Origin: the human T2T-CHM13v2.0 reference genome, Homo sapiens
Assembly (NCBI RefSeq): GCF_009914755.1
Contig: NC_060929.1
Length of the DNA: 64,000 bases
Strand: one strand, 5' to 3'
Shown here: one piece after another, positions 58,411-64,000 of the stretch
How positions within the stretch are numbered: position 1 is the first letter of the stretch
Layout: each line of letters starts with the position of its first letter
Translations under genes and position numbers: made by a program
Notes under the pieces: model-generated
What the model was told of the DNA's origin: nothing
Databases searched by the model: none
What the model saw: the letters and a program-made list of their open reading frames with translations, nothing else

Positions 58411-59446
58411 CAACAAAGGATATGTGTTCGTCTCATTAAAAGCCTAAAAATCTATCCTTAGTGGGAAAATTCAAATTCAGCAAAAACTCACCACAAATAA
58501 AACTATACTGAGATTTTCAATGTTTCACTTTCCATTTGTAACCCATGAAATAGTATACATCAGTAATAATGTTATATGAAAATTCACTTTTACACTTGAT
58601 ATCAGATGATACCACAGCGTGTAAGTTTTTAATCTTTTACTGTTTCTATGAGAAACAATACCTCGCATATAATTCATAGGTTGGAAAATACACCATTTTG
58701 CATATCAGAACACCAAAGACTATATAGGAACGTCCACATCAAAAAGTTTTTCTCAGACGACTCAATTCATCTGGTGAAAAACTCAGATGGCCATCTGAAT
58801 TTTTGTTTTAAAACCAGCCTCTACATATTCTGTGCCCAATCACCACATTTCCAAAATACAAAACAAAGTTAATGTTATTCAAGTCCTTTCAGTAAAAATA
58901 ATGGAGACAGAAAATGCAAATGAAATTTAGAATAGAAGGAAAGAACTACACTGTTAAGCAGCACTTGGAGTAACAGCCAAAGATAAAACTATCTTCGTTT
59001 ATGCTTGTTGGAAACAGCATAAACACAGTTCTCGGAAAAGTTATAACTCTGACATACCTCTCCTTTTATTTTTTACTTTTTCATCTCCACACCTTACTAC
59101 CAGTAGCGGGCTGGGTGGGGAGGGGGTTTGGGTGGGGGAGGAAGCTATTATTAGCCTGAGTTCATAATAAATAACTCAAACATTCAAGAGTAATGATGTA
59201 ACAAGCTGATAGATTGCTTTACACATATCTGCTCTCCATTCTACTGCCCACAACTAACTCCCTCACCATTCTCCTTGGATATAAAGGTCATGAACCCAAG
59301 CAAGTAAATAACAAATTATCTTAATAGTTTTAACCTCTTACCAATGAAGGAGAAAAACAGAAAGGGAACAACTTATACACAAATCCTCGTGAGCTTGCTT
59401 AACTTGGTTAAAGTGTGTGTTATATACACACAAACACATACACTAC

Positions 59447-59640
59447 CAGTGTGCTGGAGTTGGCTTGTAGCACCTCACAAGAGTTTATAGTGTGCCCCTC
59501 TTTTCAAATCTGCATTCAATGGCATAACGTGTAGCTTGACACTGGTCATGGTGGGAGTATTTATGTAATAGAAATTGGCAAATATTACAAATCAGGGCTT
59601 TTTTTTAAAGACAGTTGCTAAACATTTATCAGCACACTAG
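59447..59640. mobile_element. MER63A-like hAT DNA transposon
   Basis: TIR-like cagtgtgctgg... / ...tcagcacactag; internal catggtgggagtattta, acaaatcagggctttt. Confidence 0.75.
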
Positions 59641-59894
59641 TAGTAATACACCATGGCAGAATTTAGAACAGGTTTAGTACTTCGATAAAATGCTATTCTT
59701 ATTGACATTTTTACATATTTCTAATGCCAAATACCATCAAGTTTTAAAAATGGAATCTAACAAGTCAAAAAAACTGTTTGCAACAAACACTACAAACTCT
59801 TTTTTCCTAATTTATGCCCCTATATAAACACATTAGGCAGCTAAGCAACAGGAAGAGTAGAAAGTCCACCAAAAGAAAAGTTAAAGAAAAAAAA

Positions 59895-60065
59895 AAGGTT
59901 ATCTTAGCCTATTTTACTTCCATTTCTTCATCTGTAAAGGAGAAAAAATAATAGTATATACTCACAGAGTTGTTGGGTGGATCAAATGAACTAGTATGCA
60001 TAAAGCCCTTAGAACAGTACACAACAACAGAGGCATTGCTACAGAAATGTTTGCCATCATTTTCT
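59895..60065 (+). mobile_element. MIR SINE
   Basis: tttcttcatctgtaaaggag...ctcacagagttgttgggtggatcaaatgaa...taaagcccttagaacagt. Confidence 0.8.
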
Positions 60066-60379
60066 ACTATTAAACTATTTGTAGTATGATCCCCCACAGA
60101 AAGAAGTTTAATAACTTTTTGAAAAGGTAATGAAAAAAGACAAAAAGACCTAAAAAGCAACCCTAAATTACCAATCTACATGAAAAACTATCTTGTTTAC
60201 TATGAGAATCTAGCTTTACCTTGAAATCACATACACAAAAAACTACAGAAGCACAAAATTGTAGATTACAGTGATTTGAACTATCTTAAAAAACAAGAAG
60301 ACAGTAAAGATTTCTGAAGAGGAATAAAGATATTTTTTGAGTAGGTCATATGAGTGTTACTTAGAATTGGATTCCATAC

Positions 60380-60502
60380 CTGCTGACGACTACTAAGATC
60401 CAGCTGCTTCCAAAACTGGAAGTCTAAACAAAGGTCACGCCAGTACTTGCAAACCAATGATGCGGAAAGGCAACGCTCATCCAGTGACAAATTGGAAAAT
60501 AT
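60380..60502 (-). CDS. FBXL17: FBXL17 coding exon (probably exon 2), F-box C-terminal half: IFSNLSLDERCLSASLVCKYWRDLCLDFQFWKQLDLSSRQQ
   Basis: Acceptor tttttattcacag|ATA, donor CAG|gtatgg, 123 nt = 41 codons, phase 0-0; F-box motif SLVCKYWRDL and WKQLDL. Confidence 0.96.
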
Positions 60503-60979
60503 CTGTGAATAAAAAACGGTACCATATAATATGTGCTAAACATTTTCAAGGCACAGGAAAAGGTTTTTATTAGTTAGAAAAAGTTAACTTTGTAAAAAGA
60601 AAACCTTCTTGAATAAAAGAGGCCATTATTGTAAGTCACCGTAAGAGATCACCTTAAAGAGAAACTATGATACAGGAGCTAAAAACGGACTGATGTTATA
60701 TTTTCTGTAAGAAGAGGAGGGGAAGAGAACAGGCATGTACTGACACGTGTTCATGCATATCTTTGTGTTTGCTTATATTTAAAAAAAAAAGAATTGAAAG
60801 CATTAACCAAAAACTAATAAAAAAAAAACTGTTTACCTTTCTGGGAAGGGAAAAAAGACTAGGGAAGAAAGAGTGATAAACTTGAGATTATTCTGAAGTT
60901 TTACAGTTTGACCTTGGAGCCACGTGAACTTTTCATATGTGATTTAAGAAAAAAAGAAAAACAAAAGTAAATCATAAGA

Positions 60980-62200
60980 AAGGTACTTTACCTTTATGGT
61001 ATCTTTTCCAAAATATTCATAACACCAATCTAATAATAAAATATATATACTAAATGTGGGACATTCTACAAAATACTGGATCAAAACTCCTCAAAAAATT
61101 CAAGGTCATGAAAAACAACAAAAAAAGAAAGCAATTATCACAATTCAGAGGAGACTAAGAAAGAATGACAACTAATGTTATCCAGTTAGATCCTGGGACA
61201 GAAAAAGACATTAATGGAAAAACTGGTGAAACCACATAAAGACTGGAGTTTAACTAATAGTAATGTACAATGCTGATTTCATAGTTTTGGCAAATGTACC
61301 ACAGTGTCAGAAGAAAATAAAATCAGGGGAAGTAAACAAGTATGAAAGAAAAATAAGTCTCAGGACCCCAAAATCACTAAGCCAAAGACAAAAGTCAAGG
61401 CGGGAACTGTATCAGGCAAGCCTGCCTCCCATTTTATTCCTAAATAAGATAGCTACAAGGATTTAAAAAAAAAAAAAAAAGCTACATACTTCCCTCACAA
61501 TTTGACCAAAAGGAAATTCTCTGTGGACCTCAAGATCTTGACCCTAAAGCAGTTCTGCTGAATTTCACCCTGACCATGTAAATTGATAGCTTCTCTTCAC
61601 AGATATGGGACAAATGACAGACAGAACTCCATCATCCCTCTGCTCACCTAAGACAAATGCATATCTGATTGCTTCCTCTGCCATATTGTTTATGTAAAAA
61701 TGCAGGTTCACTGAGTCAGACTAAGGCAGAAGTGATTATTCCTCTACACTCCCTCAGGTGTAAATTGAGTATTCAGTGAAAGGCTGATAAAAGACCCAAA
61801 AGAATGCAACCTTTTATCTTTTACCTAGCTATAACCCAGTAGCCCTGACTTCGAGTCTGTCCCTCCTTTCTGGACCGAACCAATGTATATCTTATGTCTC
61901 ATGTCTCCCTAAAATGTACAAAACTAGGCTGTGCCCAACCACCTTGGGCACATGTTCTCAGGATCTCCTGAGGGCTGTGTCACAGGCCACTTATCACTCA
62001 TATGTGGCTCAGAGTAAATCTCTTCAAATATTTTACAGAGTTTGACTGCTTTCGTCAACACTGGATAACGAATATAGGGGAAATCTCTGTACTATCATTG
62101 CAATTTTTCTATAAATCTGAATGTATTCCATGTCAAAACACCATATATTTTAAATATATAATATAAAAATAAAATTATTCCAAAATAAAATCTATTCTAA
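60980..62200 (+). mobile_element. L1MC-like 3' fragment split by the MER4 LTR
   Basis: gatcctgggacagaaaaagacattaatggaaaaactggtgaa...[LTR]...gaaatctctgtactatcattgcaatttttctataaatct. Confidence 0.7.
61343..62060 (+). mobile_element. MER4 (MER4E-like) ERV1 solo LTR
   Basis: tgaaagaaaaataagtctcaggaccccaaaatcactaagcc...aaatctcttcaaatattttacagagtttgac...tcaaca; TG...CA ends. Confidence 0.85.
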
Positions 62201-62439
62201 AAAATAATTTTTAAAAGTTACATCATAAAAAGATGGTTAGGGTCAGGATGAAGGCCAATACAAATCTTGGAAAATTAAAAGCTTTATCAACAAATACCAT
62301 GTGTGGGCCACACTGAGATCCAGAATTGAACCAATTCTAAGAAGATACTTTTCAGACAATCAAATAAAACTGAATATAAAAGATATTAATTTAAAGGAAT
62401 TATTAAATAAGATTAAACACTGAAACAAATGTGACCTAT

Positions 62440-62824
62440 ACATTTAAGAAAGATTAATAAAAACAAGTAAGATAATTATTTACCCAGTTATTCCAGTTCA
62501 GGGTTGCAGGTGACCAGAGGTCAGGGCACAAGGTAGGAACCAGCAATGGACAGGACACCAATGCACCACAGGGCACATGTACACTCACTCATACCGGGAC
62601 CATCTAGACACATGCACACCTTATACAAAACCTAATGTACACAGCTTTGGGATGTGGGAGGAAACCAGAATACCCAGAGAAAATATGTGCAGGCATGGGG
62701 AGAACATGCAAACTCTACATAGACAGTGGGCCCAGCTACGAATTGTTTTGTTTTGTTTTTTTTCTCATTAACATTATAACACAATGATGTTGAACTAAAG
62801 GCTATTAGTCAAGGATTTGTTGTA
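62440..62824. mobile_element. MER6-like Tigger-family DNA transposon fragment
   Basis: gggatgtgggaggaaaccagaatacccagagaaa...catggggagaacatgcaaactctacatagacagtgg. Confidence 0.75.
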
Positions 62825-63011
62825 ATACATGATTTCAATTATAATTATTACCTAAAATGACTTACCTCTATATGGACAAAAGTTGTAAACATATAAGCTA
62901 GAATCTCTACTATGTTTAAATCTTGGGCCTCGGGAAAACAACTGCCTGTTACCTTCACAACCAGTTTTTCCTCCAACAAGTCTAGTGAGAAGTATAGAAT
63001 ATCATAAAAGT

Positions 63012-64000
<989 letters not shown>

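Overview
AT-rich, CpG-depleted primate (almost certainly human) genomic DNA lying inside the FBXL17 gene (F-box and leucine-rich repeat protein 17, an SCF E3 ligase substrate receptor), transcribed on the minus strand. Three coding exons with canonical AG/GT boundaries are present: 60502-60380 (123 nt, F-box C-terminal half), 57544-57287 (258 nt, LRRs) and 41075-40944 (132 nt, LRRs). All are phase 0-0; the numbering as exons 2-4 is from recall. The rest is intron filled with Alu, L1, L2, MIR, LTR (MLT1A, MER21, MER4) and DNA-transposon (Tigger3, Tigger4, MER6, MER63) relics. Nearly all other ORF-track entries are spurious or Alu-derived. There is no evidence for a novel multi-gene system. The most interesting leads are post-transcriptional signals in the long intron after exon 4: a CpG-rich 36-nt candidate poison exon (27422-27457), a 27-nt in-frame candidate microexon (8539-8565), a candidate alternative last exon, candidate recursive splice sites, and inverted Alus flanking the symmetric exons. 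Repeat subfamily names and many repeat boundaries are by-eye estimates.
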